DNA from: a virus
Taxonomy: Duplodnaviria; Caudoviricetes
Virus record (IMG/VR): IMGVR_UViG_3300021420_000314
Span: 1-56,311 of that record
Length of the DNA stretch: 56,311 bases
Direction: 5' to 3' (one strand)
Shown in pieces: positions 9,371 through 19,000 of this stretch. The notes beneath the pieces were generated by a model. It saw nothing but the letters and a program-made list of their open reading frames with translations, made no database searches and was not told where the DNA came from. A program made the translations under genes and the position numbers. Within the stretch, counting starts at the first letter, position 1. The number at the start of each line of letters is the position of its first letter.

Positions 9371-10783
9371 TTATGTCCAGCCGGCGGCCGAGGGAGCGCC
9401 CTTACTATACGCATTCCGCCTGACTCGCACCAGTCTGGCGAGAACATTGCCCGAATATCCCAGGCAGGCGTACTGGAATGCGTCAGCTATGTCCGACCAC
9501 GGATGGGTCTTATCAGGGACCGGATGAAGCTCCCCATCCTTCTTACGGGTGTACCGGTACTTGGATCGGAGCGCGCGTATGAGTGTACTGCAGACGGGCG
9601 AGACGAGCACCGCGGCGGAACCATCACGCTGCTGTAATAGCCACTTCTCCACCGCGCGGAGGCGTGGATCGATGTCATTGGTCTGGGCCGGCTGTGCTGA
9701 TAGTCCCAGGCGTTTGAGAGCCGCAAATACGGACTCCTCCCCAATCTGACTGCGCGCAATCCCGGAAGGGTCACCCACCACACCAACGGGCAGGCGTTGA
9801 TACTCAGGACGAGCCAGGACAGGACGGAGTTGTGTGGACACGAATTGTTCGACACCTATGTTCTCCCCGATGACCTCGTCCAGGACCACAAGACGCCCTC
9901 TTGCATCCATTTGGCAGAGTACGCACGCAGGATGGCGTCCGAAGTCCATCCCGACAAGAACCATGGTCCCCGGTATCGGGACCAACGGCTCTTTCGCCAC
10001 ATGAAACGAGTCGCGGAAGGACGCCCTAAATACAGCCTCACCTGCAAGAGAAGGTGCAATTCTGTTATCGACGTACTGATCCACCCACGCTTGAGAGTTG
10101 TTTTCAATGAGCTCATCGTAGTATCCCCGGACCAGGTTCTCGATGTTCTCTGCGTTGGCTTCGCGGGCGCCCGGCTGTACGAAGTATCCCCAGGTAGTGG
10201 GAAGCGGCTTGTCGTCGAGAATCCTGTCCTCGAGTATCTTATTCCAAGCCGAGTCCTCGTCGAAGCTGTTGGTTTCGCCGATGAGACCATGCCACGTCGG
10301 GCCACCGTGAGCCATTGAAGGATAGCGTCCGCAACGCGAAAGCACGTCCATGAGAATGCGCGGTTGCAGCTCACGCAATTCTGACATCCACGCCATCGTG
10401 ATATCCAGGGACAGAAGCCTCTGAACATTCTCGGGGGTATCCAGGGGCATGAAGATCCACTCGGACTCGATGTCATTGAACTTGATCCAGATGGTTTTGT
10501 CGGCCTCCTTCCAGAGTACCATGGGGCCGATCAGCTCCAGGATCGTCTTGAGGCAAGTAGTCTTGAGCTGAGGCAGCGTATTACGAACAATGACCGCGCG
10601 CGTGCGCCGTATACCATCAGATGGATCGGGCGCTTGCTGCTGTGCGCGACAAAGAAGCTCCATGACCATGCCACTCGATTTGCCACTCCCAACGGGGCCT
10701 CGCACGATTCGGACACGCTGATCCGAGGCCATGAACGTTTGGATGGTTGCGGGCGCGTTGTAGGTAAAATTGCGCTCAGCCAC
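9371..10783 (-). CDS. terL: Terminase large subunit
   Basis: Walker A GPVGSGKS, RNTLPQL, nuclease motif VGMDFG, C-terminal SDIADAFQY. Confidence 0.92.
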   Translation of the reverse strand: MAERNFTYNAPATIQTFMASDQRVRIVRGPVGSGKSSGMVMELLCRAQQQAPDPSDGIRRTRAVIVRNTLPQLKTTCLKTILELIGPMVLWKEADKTIWIKFNDIESEWIFMPLDTPENVQRLLSLDITMAWMSELRELQPRILMDVLSRCGRYPSMAHGGPTWHGLIGETNSFDEDSAWNKILEDRILDDKPLPTTWGYFVQPGAREANAENIENLVRGYYDELIENNSQAWVDQYVDNRIAPSLAGEAVFRASFRDSFHVAKEPLVPIPGTMVLVGMDFGRHPACVLCQMDARGRLVVLDEVIGENIGVEQFVSTQLRPVLARPEYQRLPVGVVGDPSGIARSQIGEESVFAALKRLGLSAQPAQTNDIDPRLRAVEKWLLQQRDGSAAVLVSPVCSTLIRALRSKYRYTRKKDGELHPVPDKTHPWSDIADAFQYACLGYSGNVLARLVRVRRNAYSKGAPSAAGWT

Positions 10784-11039
10784 CGACCTTCCCCAGCTGC
10801 TCGCATGCTTCCTCCCAGCCGTCGTCCCCGAACGGCAGCTCGATCACATCCCCGACTGCATTCACGATCTCGTAGCAGTTGTTGCCGGTGCGCACCGTGA
10901 AGTTATACTCAGCCAACAGACTGAGTATGCGGGGCTCCTGGATCTCCGGCTTGTCGGACGGCTTGCCGCCCGGCCAGTTGATCCTGGGGCTGTCCTTGAC
11001 GCGGGGGTCCTTGAAGAAATCGTCTTTGCTGAAGGCCAT
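10776..11039 (-). CDS. Hypothetical protein
   Basis: ORF from MAFSKDD overlapping the TerL start. Confidence 0.5.
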   Translation of the reverse strand: MAFSKDDFFKDPRVKDSPRINWPGGKPSDKPEIQEPRILSLLAEYNFTVRTGNNCYEIVNAVGDVIELPFGDDGWEEACEQLGKVGG

Positions 11040-11157
11040 GGCGGTGTCCGCTCTTATTAGAAGCGGGGGATTTTGCCGTGCTCCCCCATACACGCCTGTT
11101 ACTTGATGGCTCGCGACAGGTGGCGCGAGTATTCAGTTCAGAGGCAGCCGATATCGC

Positions 11158-11505
11158 TTACGCAGTAGCGCCACTGTCGTTTGCGACAGCCGGTACTTCG
11201 ACAGCTCCGGCGTTATCACTCGCTTGAGTGGCGGCGCCATTTCCCCCAACCACTGCTGCAGGGCCAGCTGGGGGAGCCGTAAGAGGGAGCTTGTTCGCAT
11301 GCTCGTGCTGCTGTTCCACGGCCGACAACACGTTGTGGTCAGCGATGGAGATCTGCAGGGCGGCGATCACGGCATCGAACTTGCCGACTTCACCGCGCAT
11401 GCTCACGAGCTGCTTCTCCTGCTCGGCGATGTTCTTCACGAGACCCGCGCGGTTTGACTGGATCTGATCCAGCACGGCCACCAGGTTGTCTTTCAAAGTC
11501 ACCAT
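11158..11505 (-). CDS. Coiled-coil hypothetical protein
   Basis: 115 aa with heptad pattern and AAGGA RBS. Confidence 0.6.
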   Translation of the reverse strand: MVTLKDNLVAVLDQIQSNRAGLVKNIAEQEKQLVSMRGEVGKFDAVIAALQISIADHNVLSAVEQQHEHANKLPLTAPPAGPAAVVGGNGAATQASDNAGAVEVPAVANDSGATA

Positions 11506-11506
11506 G

Positions 11507-11974
11507 TTACTTTCCTTTGTCGAGTGAAAACCGGGTGTCCCCGGGGGTAATCAAACCTTGCTCGAGCTCCGCGCGCTTTTCCCGGCGACGGACCTCTCGC
11601 ACGTTGTTGAGACGTTGTTCAGCGTCAACGGCCGCGTGTTGAGCCACCGCGAGTTCGCCCAGCAGCTCCTTGATCCGGGCATCCTGGGACTTCGCAGTTC
11701 GACGTAGCGCTTCAGTATGTGTACCCATGACGGTCCAAGTATGAACCGTGAGGGCCACCATTTTCGCGCCAGTGTTTGGACAGTCGAAGCCATACGCCTG
11801 CATATCCTCGGGCTGCGCGTTCGGCCAACAAGCGGGAACGACGGCGGCGTCGCGTCCATCAGTATCCGACGGATTGCCTCCCAGTCCTGCGTCGTTAATT
11901 GAGGGCCCTTTTGCACCTGCCATCAAGTTCCAGTCAGGCCGGCTCGGAGGCGGCGTCGATGATTCGTCGGCCAT
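11507..11974 (-). CDS. Hypothetical protein
   Basis: 155-aa ORF with C-terminal coiled coil. Confidence 0.55.
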   Translation of the reverse strand: MADESSTPPPSRPDWNLMAGAKGPSINDAGLGGNPSDTDGRDAAVVPACWPNAQPEDMQAYGFDCPNTGAKMVALTVHTWTVMGTHTEALRRTAKSQDARIKELLGELAVAQHAAVDAEQRLNNVREVRRREKRAELEQGLITPGDTRFSLDKGK

Positions 11975-12398
11975 TGATCTCTACCTTTTCTGTGGGACCC
12001 TTGTTGATTGTCAGGTTGAACTGTACACCCATCTGGTTGCCAGTGTCTTTCGGCTTGCCCATGCCGCCGAGTTGCTTGAACGCTTCCAGCTTGTTGCTGT
12101 CGCCGGTGCTGTCGCGCTGCGCGATCTGGAAGATCGTCGGCAGCAGCTCCTCGGTCAGCATCGCGGACTTGAACCTGATCCGCTCATGCACGTTCATGTC
12201 GGAGTTCCAGAATTTCTTGACCTCTTTGTACATCGTGCGGAACATCGGGTTCTTGAGCTTCTGCCGCAGCATGTCCTCGGTCAGGTTATGCCGCTCGAGG
12301 ATTTCCGACGCGGGCCGCGCGGCGGCGATCAGGTCCACGATAAGGAGTCCGTCCGTTCCCCGGTCGATGAGCTGCTGTGTGATCTCCGGCGGGAACAT
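11934..12398 (-). CDS. Putative terminase small subunit
   Basis: 154-aa helical protein with HTH-like N-part and C-terminal beta strand (VQFNLTIN), upstream of TerL. Inferred from shape and position only. Confidence 0.5.
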   Translation of the reverse strand: MFPPEITQQLIDRGTDGLLIVDLIAAARPASEILERHNLTEDMLRQKLKNPMFRTMYKEVKKFWNSDMNVHERIRFKSAMLTEELLPTIFQIAQRDSTGDSNKLEAFKQLGGMGKPKDTGNQMGVQFNLTINKGPTEKVEINGRRIIDAASEPA

Positions 12399-12658
12399 CA
12401 GACGACCGTCCGGGTGATGAGGAGGTGCTTCGCGACCTCGCAGAGGGCTATTACGCTCCCACGGCTATCAGCCCGGTACGTAACGGAGATCTTGCCCTCG
12501 TCGCACTCGCAGATGAACACGGCCGAGTGCGGCTTCTGCGCCAGACCCTCGGTGACGTTCTTCAGGAACATCTCGAACGTGTCTTCCTGCTTCTCGGCGT
12601 TGAGCTCCGCCTTGGTCTTGAAGACCGTGATCTTGGCATCGGGACTTTCCTCGGTCAC
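12398..12658 (-). CDS. Hypothetical protein
   Basis: GTG start overlapping the upstream TGA. Confidence 0.5.
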   Translation of the reverse strand: MTEESPDAKITVFKTKAELNAEKQEDTFEMFLKNVTEGLAQKPHSAVFICECDEGKISVTYRADSRGSVIALCEVAKHLLITRTVV

Positions 12659-12852
12659 TGGTTCATCTCCTTCAGCGCGCGCTCCTCGGCGAGGATTTCG
12701 CGCCCCTTGGTGAGAACGTACTCCCGACAGGCGTCGCGGAGCAACTCTGAGTACGCGCACCCGCGGCGCAGTGCCAGGCGCTTGATGGCGTCCAGCACCT
12801 GCCGATTCAGGTACACGTTGACCTTGACGGAGTCTGTGTCGGTTCGAGACAT
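12655..12852 (-). CDS. Ribbon-helix-helix (CopG/Arc-like) DNA-binding protein
   Basis: VKVNVYLNRQVLDAIKRLALRRGCAYSELLRDACREYV fits the RHH pattern. Confidence 0.75.
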   Translation of the reverse strand: MSRTDTDSVKVNVYLNRQVLDAIKRLALRRGCAYSELLRDACREYVLTKGREILAEERALKEMNQ

Positions 12853-12858
12853 GGTGAT

Positions 12859-12888
12859 ATTATAGGCTGTAATGACGCACAACGTCTA
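12859..12888 (-). promoter_or_regulatory. Putative sigma70 promoter giving a leaderless RHH mRNA
   Basis: TAGACG-N18-TATAAT, then 6 nt to the ATG at 12852; no RBS. Confidence 0.55.
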
Positions 12889-13210
12889 CAGCTTTCTTCC
12901 ACTCATCCATCCCGGCGAAGTACCCAACGATGATCAGTATGTGCTCGCGGTTCGGCGCCTCGCCCTTGCTCGTGATCACGTAGCCACCAGCCGACTGGTT
13001 CCAGTGGACGTCGACGTTGGCGATGTTCGCGAACGCCATGACCTCTTCCTTGGGCACGATCTCCCACTTCTTCTGCCAGTCCTCCGGCGTGCGGCGCCCC
13101 TTGACGCGGAACGTCTTCCAGTCCTCGAACCAGACGGTTACGAAGATGAAGGCCAGCGTGAGGATGATACCGGCGAGTATCCAGAGCCCGGGGACAAGTA
13201 TGTGGTGCAT
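12860..13210 (-). CDS. Hypothetical membrane-anchored protein
   Basis: N-terminal hydrophobic helix. Confidence 0.55.
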   Translation of the reverse strand: MHHILVPGLWILAGIILTLAFIFVTVWFEDWKTFRVKGRRTPEDWQKKWEIVPKEEVMAFANIANVDVHWNQSAGGYVITSKGEAPNREHILIIVGYFAGMDEWKKAVDVVRHYSL

Positions 13211-13319
13211 TCGGCTTCCCTTTCAATGTCATAGATGCGCTGTACGAGCGCGCGATACTCGGGCGACCATTGGATTATGTCACCCGAGCGTATCAAATCT
13301 CTCTCTGCCTGAGCCAGTG

Positions 13320-13565
13320 TCACACTGCGCGTCCCTGTCGCTTCGGGCGCTTCTTCTCGCGGGTCTTCATGAACGTGTCCGGGTCGCTCACGTATTTCTG
13401 GAGCACCAGGATGAACTCATCGATCCCGATCTCCTCTGGGAAGGTCAGCTGGATCGACCCCCGGATCGTCTGGATCATGCCACCCATGTGGTTCAACGCA
13501 AAGCCCGCGATGCCCGCGACGGCTTGCAGCGAGTTGATGTGATCAGCGAGCTCTGCCTTGTTCAT
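13320..13565 (-). CDS. Hypothetical protein
   Basis: Start MNKAEL after GGGAG. Confidence 0.55.
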   Translation of the reverse strand: MNKAELADHINSLQAVAGIAGFALNHMGGMIQTIRGSIQLTFPEEIGIDEFILVLQKYVSDPDTFMKTREKKRPKRQGRAV

Positions 13566-13858
13566 GCCGGTCTCCCCTTCAGGATCCACTCCAGGTGCGC
13601 GCGCCAGTGCTCGAGCGGCGCATCGGCATCCACGAACGTCACACGTTCGGCCTTATCCCCGAACGTCTGCCCATGACCGTCTTCTAGTATGCACATCCTT
13701 CTGATGATGTACTGCCACTTCTTCCCCGCGGGCTTGGCGGGCATGTCGAACGGTCCGGTAAGATTCACGTCCTCGGGTATGAGCTTCAGGAGCTCGAGCA
13801 GCCCGTCGGGCACGGCGCCGTGCACGGTCAGCTGTCCGGTGGTCTTGTCGGTGATCAT
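13562..13858 (-). CDS. Hypothetical protein
   Basis: Start MITDK, ATGA-coupled. Confidence 0.5.
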   Translation of the reverse strand: MITDKTTGQLTVHGAVPDGLLELLKLIPEDVNLTGPFDMPAKPAGKKWQYIIRRMCILEDGHGQTFGDKAERVTFVDADAPLEHWRAHLEWILKGRPA

Positions 13859-14337
13859 GACCGCGGCGCGATCTGTCCTATGATCCGGCCCTGGGTCAGC
13901 CACAGGCCGTCCATCACCGCCTCGTTGCTCGGCGGATCTATCGTCCAGTCGAACTCGTGGACCTTGCCGGTGCACAGGTCGACCATGACGGACACCAGGT
14001 GCTGGGTGATCGCGGTGGCGAGATCGATGTCGGAGAAGTACGCGTTCAGGTGAAACGGCTGGCACGGATGGGTGTGGTAGATCCCGATGAGCTTCCAGTC
14101 GAACGGCACGGTGACGTCGAGCTCAATCCCGTCGGTCTGCCCGCTCGTCTTGGGATCACTGACGATGTACCGGCCATTCGGCATCAGGGCGATGTTCCCG
14201 CCGTACTCGAGCTTGGCCGATTTCCTGGCCGATATCTCGGCCGCGTGCACCGCCGCCTCGTTGAACGTCTCATATCCTAACTGCGCCGGTATCGGCGTGT
14301 TCGCGGTCAGTAGAATTGAGGCGATGAGAGCGAGCAT
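13855..14337 (-). CDS. DUF4329/JAB-like domain protein with signal peptide
   Basis: MLALIASILLTA leader; EYGGNI, YHTHP and FSDID motifs. Confidence 0.6.
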   Translation of the reverse strand: MLALIASILLTANTPIPAQLGYETFNEAAVHAAEISARKSAKLEYGGNIALMPNGRYIVSDPKTSGQTDGIELDVTVPFDWKLIGIYHTHPCQPFHLNAYFSDIDLATAITQHLVSVMVDLCTGKVHEFDWTIDPPSNEAVMDGLWLTQGRIIGQIAPRS

Positions 14338-14342
14338 GCCCC

Positions 14343-14372
14343 ACTCTACGATTGAAGCGGGCCTCACGTCAA
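14343..14372 (-). promoter_or_regulatory. Putative sigma70 promoter (leaderless) for the leftward arm
   Basis: TTGACG-N18-TAGAGT, then 5 nt to the ATG at 14337. Confidence 0.55.
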
Positions 14373-14400
14373 TGTTTATTGGGCTATAAATGTTGACGTC

Positions 14401-14460
14401 AAAAATTTTCCAGGAACTATTTGCGAAGGGGATAGGCGCCCGCGCCGGGGGGTACCCCCC
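14401..14460. other. Candidate genome terminus / packaging-initiation site
   Basis: Perfect palindrome GGGGGGTACCCCCC (14447-14460) plus an AAAAATTTT tract at the strand-divergence point, upstream of the TerS/TerL arm. Confidence 0.4.
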
Positions 14461-14514
14461 TTGTCCATGTGCCCATGGGGTGGTCATAACGTATTAACAT
14501 AATGGGCCAAAAAC

Positions 14515-14940
14515 CCCTATGTTTGAGGCGAACCGCCGCACGTCGAGCCCGCAAGGCCCGCCCGGTCACTAACCTCTAGGTGCAAGCCTACCGCGTGAAT
14601 GCGCACAGGGTATCTGACATAAGTCGTTACGAGCCTAACGGGCTGGTCCGCCTCAGAGAGAGTAAGCGCGGCGAAGTAGCGCGGCTTAAGCGCCGAACAT
14701 AGCAGCGGGTCCGCACGCGCCGCTATCCGGGTACCCGCGCACGGTTGCGCGTAGGTGGTACGCTGGTCTCGCCGTACATGTCTGCCTCGTTTGGCATTCT
14801 ATCGGGAGAACGGTAATACGTGCACATACTGGCGTGTGATAGCAGTATGAGGGGCAGATTATTTAGAATAGGCCTGCGTGGTATGTAAGGTTGTGAACGA
14901 TAGTACCTTAGTGCCTCGCAGGCCTAGATTTTGGCGAGTA
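14515..14940 (+). ncRNA. Candidate large structured non-coding RNA
   Basis: No ORF of 60 aa or more; at least nine nested or serial stems; most imperfect pairs read as G-U on the + strand. Confidence 0.55.
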
Positions 14941-15190
14941 AGCGTCACATGTGGAACGCAAGCGTCACGTCCAAGCCCATGAAAGCTAAGACTAATGACT
15001 CTTATGACTCTTGTGACTCTTATAAACCAATTGTAGATAGACTCTTAAAGTAGATTGAGGACAAGAGAGGCCAAGCGGGCCTTCCCCCCGCCTCTGGAGA
15101 ATTGACTTTCTGCTGTCTCAAGCGTCGCATGAGTCATTCGTCAATGTTTTCAATAACATGGCGGTGACGCTTATGACCCTTGTGACGCTT
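14940..15190. repeat. Inverted array of 9-mer iterons (RTGACNCTT)
   Basis: Reverse copies at 14940, 14960, 15120 and 15129; tandem triplets at 14995-15021 and 15164-15190. Confidence 0.8.
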
Positions 15191-15236
15191 GTCTGTAAGC
15201 CCGCGAGGCCCGCATCTACCATACATGGAGACGTTC

Positions 15237-15410
15237 ATGCTTATCCGCGTGCAAGCGCCAAGCTCGCGCAAGGGTAAAGCGTTGATTATCAAGCGTAATC
15301 GGAAGCATAACGCGGTTATGCGCCGGATGCGCGCGATCATGGCAATCTGGGGCCGGGGCGATTCGCCCGGCGTCCGATGCCTGTCAACGCATTACAGGCC
15401 GAGAGCGTAG
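15237..15410 (+). CDS. Small basic early protein
   Basis: GGAG RBS, ATG at 15237. Confidence 0.45.
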   Translation: MLIRVQAPSSRKGKALIIKRNRKHNAVMRRMRAIMAIWGRGDSPGVRCLSTHYRPRA

Positions 15411-15487
15411 CGCGACTGTGCAGCCCGCGAGAGGCTGTGCAGTCCGATGCACTCTCGCATCATTTCTGTCCTATAGGGGTTAGTCAC

Positions 15488-16027
15488 ATGACTATCGTTA
15501 GAAAGTCGATCGAAGCCATCGTAGAGGCGATTGGACAGGTGGCGGCCACGGGTGCGGCATTTCAGGTGCTCGTCCATGAGACCGCTGTCCAGACGCTCTT
15601 GCTCGTTCGCGAGGAGGGCGATTGGGGTCCGGCACGGGATCTCATGAACGCGATGCCCAAGGGCGCGCGCCGTGAGGCTCTGGCGATCTGGTTCAAGCGC
15701 TTCTCGAACGACAAGCTGCGATTCAGCACGGTCAAGGAGACCGGCCTGTACAAGGGTCATCTCTCCAGCGACCGCGCGTTGTCGGATTTCGACGTTGACG
15801 GCGCTGCCGCTGTCAACTTCGCTGATCTGACCACGGAGCCGAAGGCGAGCACGTTCACCTTGGAGCAGCTCATAAAGACGCTGCAAGCGAAAGCGACCAA
15901 TACCAAGGTCAACGACGATGGCACGCCGAAAGTCGATGAGCGCGCGCGGGCAATGGCCAGCAAGCTCCTCGCGGCGATCTATGGCGGCGGCATCCCCGCC
16001 CCGGTCGCGGCACCCACGGTTCAGTAG
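15488..16027 (+). CDS. Early hypothetical protein
   Basis: AGGGG RBS; helical protein with GDW...LMNAMPKGARREALAIWF, resembling early proteins of other podoviruses. Confidence 0.7.
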   Translation: MTIVRKSIEAIVEAIGQVAATGAAFQVLVHETAVQTLLLVREEGDWGPARDLMNAMPKGARREALAIWFKRFSNDKLRFSTVKETGLYKGHLSSDRALSDFDVDGAAAVNFADLTTEPKASTFTLEQLIKTLQAKATNTKVNDDGTPKVDERARAMASKLLAAIYGGGIPAPVAAPTVQ

Positions 16028-16091
16028 TCCGAAGCTGAGCCTTCCACAGAGCCCCGGAGACCGATCCGGGGCTCGATGGAGGGTTTACACA

Positions 16092-19000
16092 ATGACCATT
16101 CCGATTGCAAACCCGCATGGGCGGCCGTACAACCATCGCTACGCCGAGCAGGTGAGCGAGTTGCGCTGGCACGTATTCATCCGTCGATTCTGGGTAGCTC
16201 TGGGCATGGACGACAAGAGTCGCGAGGCCCGTGCTGCCCGCTGGCACGCAGGAGAGTGAGATGCCGAATCCTGACCTGATCGACGCGCCGCCCGAGTGGC
16301 GCGTATGGGAGCAAATCACAGGCGATGAGCCGCGTGAGCACGCAGCCCGCGTGGCCCGTGAATCCCGCGCGTATCGCGCAGGTGAGCCGCTGAGCCGTTC
16401 TTTGCCACAACACATGCCGGGCTCGCAGCGTGGCCGGTGTTACTGGTGTACGCTGCCGCAAGGAGAGTAACCATGATCCCGCTGAGTGTCTTGCTCTGCT
16501 GGTGGCTGGCAGCGCACCGAAACCGTTCATGGTGGTTCGCATGGTGGGGTCTGTTAGGCCCGCTTGCGCTCATTTGGATGTTGTTCTTCCTTGAGAGGAA
16601 AGTAAAATGACAATCTATCTTCTGGTCCTGATGCTGCAAGGGCAGCTTGCCCTGACAACCGAGCCCGTGGGGTATTCAAGCGCGTCTGAGTGCATCAAGA
16701 CTGCGGACAAGCTGAATGCGAATCTAGGCCATCACTCGGCCGTGTGCGTGGCCGTGAAGGTGCTGTGATGTTCACACTGAATATCATGCTCGCCATGTCG
16801 TGTGCGAGCGTGCTTGTTGGTGGCTGGCGATGCTACCGCTGGTGGGTGAACTATGGACACCTGTTCCGGGTCTGAGGTCTTAAGCTGGACGCCCGCGGTG
16901 GTTGCGAACTACCTGATCGTGTCTCACTACGGTTACGTGCGAGACACGTTTTTGGTCAACAGCGTGAGGCCGTTGCCGCCGCGAGGTGCTGCGCACTTCG
17001 GACACATGGCGAAGCTCCTTGGCCTTTCTCCTAACAACCACGACGAGTTCCTGTTCGATGTGTGGTGCGCGCTCGCGGCCAAGCTGGACGTGACGCTGCA
17101 TACCGTGGATTGATTAACTGATTTTTTGGCCCGCGAGGCCCGATTAGGGAGAGTCTATGACAGACATAACGCGCGCCACGGAGGATTCGCAGCCCGATAG
17201 CCCAGAGCCTGACAGCTCCACGAAAGCACTGCGACCCTTACCTGTGTGGTTGGTGACGCTGAACGCGCTGCACTCCATTGAGTGGCGCTTCGAGCGAGAG
17301 TGCCTTGATAGCACCAGCGCCGACTGCTATTACAGTCTTCGCTGCACCCAATGTGGTGCAGTGTTGAATACCTCTTTCTGGCACCCGGATTACTCGAATT
17401 GGAGCGTGCCCGATGAGTACATCGAAGCCTATGAGAACATGCGCAAGCGGCATGAACACCACGCGCACAAGAAGTCCAACACCTAAGCAACGAGCCCGCG
17501 CAGCCCGTGAGGCTGCTAGACTCGCGTACTTCAAGTCGCTGCCCAATGCGCCGAGGGACCGTGTATGAACGAGCGTGAGCTAGTGGCGTTTGTCGCGCTG
17601 TACGGCATAGAGGTGCGCAGGAAGCGCGAGGGTGTTCGCTACGACGCAGACTATATTCTGGTCAAGAGACTGAAGCGATACCGAGGCCACAAGAAAGACT
17701 GGTGGCCCAAAGAGCCATACATGCCCGGCGAGAAAGACCGCGAATGGCGTTGTCGGTATATCCACGACGGCACGAAGTGGAGCTTGGAAAGCCTGAAGCA
17801 CGTATGCGAGACCATACTGGAGAGCGGCTGGCAGTCGATCAACCACGCCGATATCCAGTTCGATCTTGTGGAGCCAACACATGAAGACTGATCCGTGGAC
17901 AGCGCGTGAGCTAGCGCTGACGCTGCTGTTGTTTCCCGGAGTGCCGCGTGTTCCACCGAGCTCCCAGACGCTGGCCGACTGGTGGAATGACCGCACAGCG
18001 ACCAGATCGCGTAAGTGGTGGGCTAAGCGTTTTAACCAGTCCCATGCTAGGACGTTCGCGCTGTCGAACTTTGGCAAGGCAATCGCGCGCGCCGGCATCG
18101 AGCCGACGCTTGAGAATTACCGGCACTTGGTCAACGCGGCGCGTAAGAGGCACATGCCGAGGAGCAAGCCGATATGAAGCAGCAGCCATACTTGCCGCCT
18201 GTCACAGTCCAAGAAGAGGCTGGCGACCACGCCGACGAAGAGTTCGTGCGTTGCGCGCATGTGGATTGGCGCGTAAATTGCTGCCGCGAGGCAACGTGCG
18301 AGCAGGAGCGCCTGTTATTCGCGATGCTGTGTCTCGACCATGAGATGGCATTCTGGGCCGCATACGGCGTGAGCAGCGCACTGTCAGATCGGTTTAATGA
18401 TGTAGCCGATGTGTGGGACGAAGAGAGTTACCAGCAGAGGAGCGCCCGAGATGAGGAAGCACGATCCAAGCGACGCGATGCGTACGCCCGAAGCAAGCGC
18501 GCTGCTAAAAGCCGAGCGCGCAAAGGCCCGCGCAGCCCGTAAGGAGATAAACCGTGAGCGTTACAAGCGGCGGTACAAAGCTCGCATGGTCTAAGAGCGA
18601 GATGGCGAAGCCCGCGGGGCCTGAGCGGCTGGCGCAGATCGACACCGCATGGTCGTATTACACTCCCAAACATCCGCAGTACAAACACTGGAGGGTTGTC
18701 CCATGGAAGTCCGAATCGATACTCGCTGCTACCGTGAACGCCGCAAAGTCCGGAGAATCACATGGCTAGGAGTCGCGCTAAGCGTATTCGTGATCCTGTA
18801 CGGCTGCCTGATGGGGTGGCTGTTGCACACGGCGTGGCTGTACGTAAGCCTCGTAAAGTAAAGCCCGACTATGAGGCACTGGCGAACGCATTCTCGTTCA
18901 CCAACCCACAGGTCTTCATGCGGTGGGGCAGCAAAGAGACACTGCGCGTGCTGGCAGTAAACAGCAAGGGCAAATCGCCGCGCGTGAACAGGGCCTTCAA

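Noticed and set aside
14940-15190. CRISPR mini-array linked to the Cas4-like gene
   Set aside because: The repeats are 9 nt, tandem and inverted, with no unique spacers. Solo Cas4-like exonucleases are common in phage replication modules.
16227-18540. Further GCCCG-N4-GCCCG copies (16227, 16345, about 17494, about 18526)
   Set aside because: Explained by Ala-Arg-X-Ala-Arg codons in plausible reading frames
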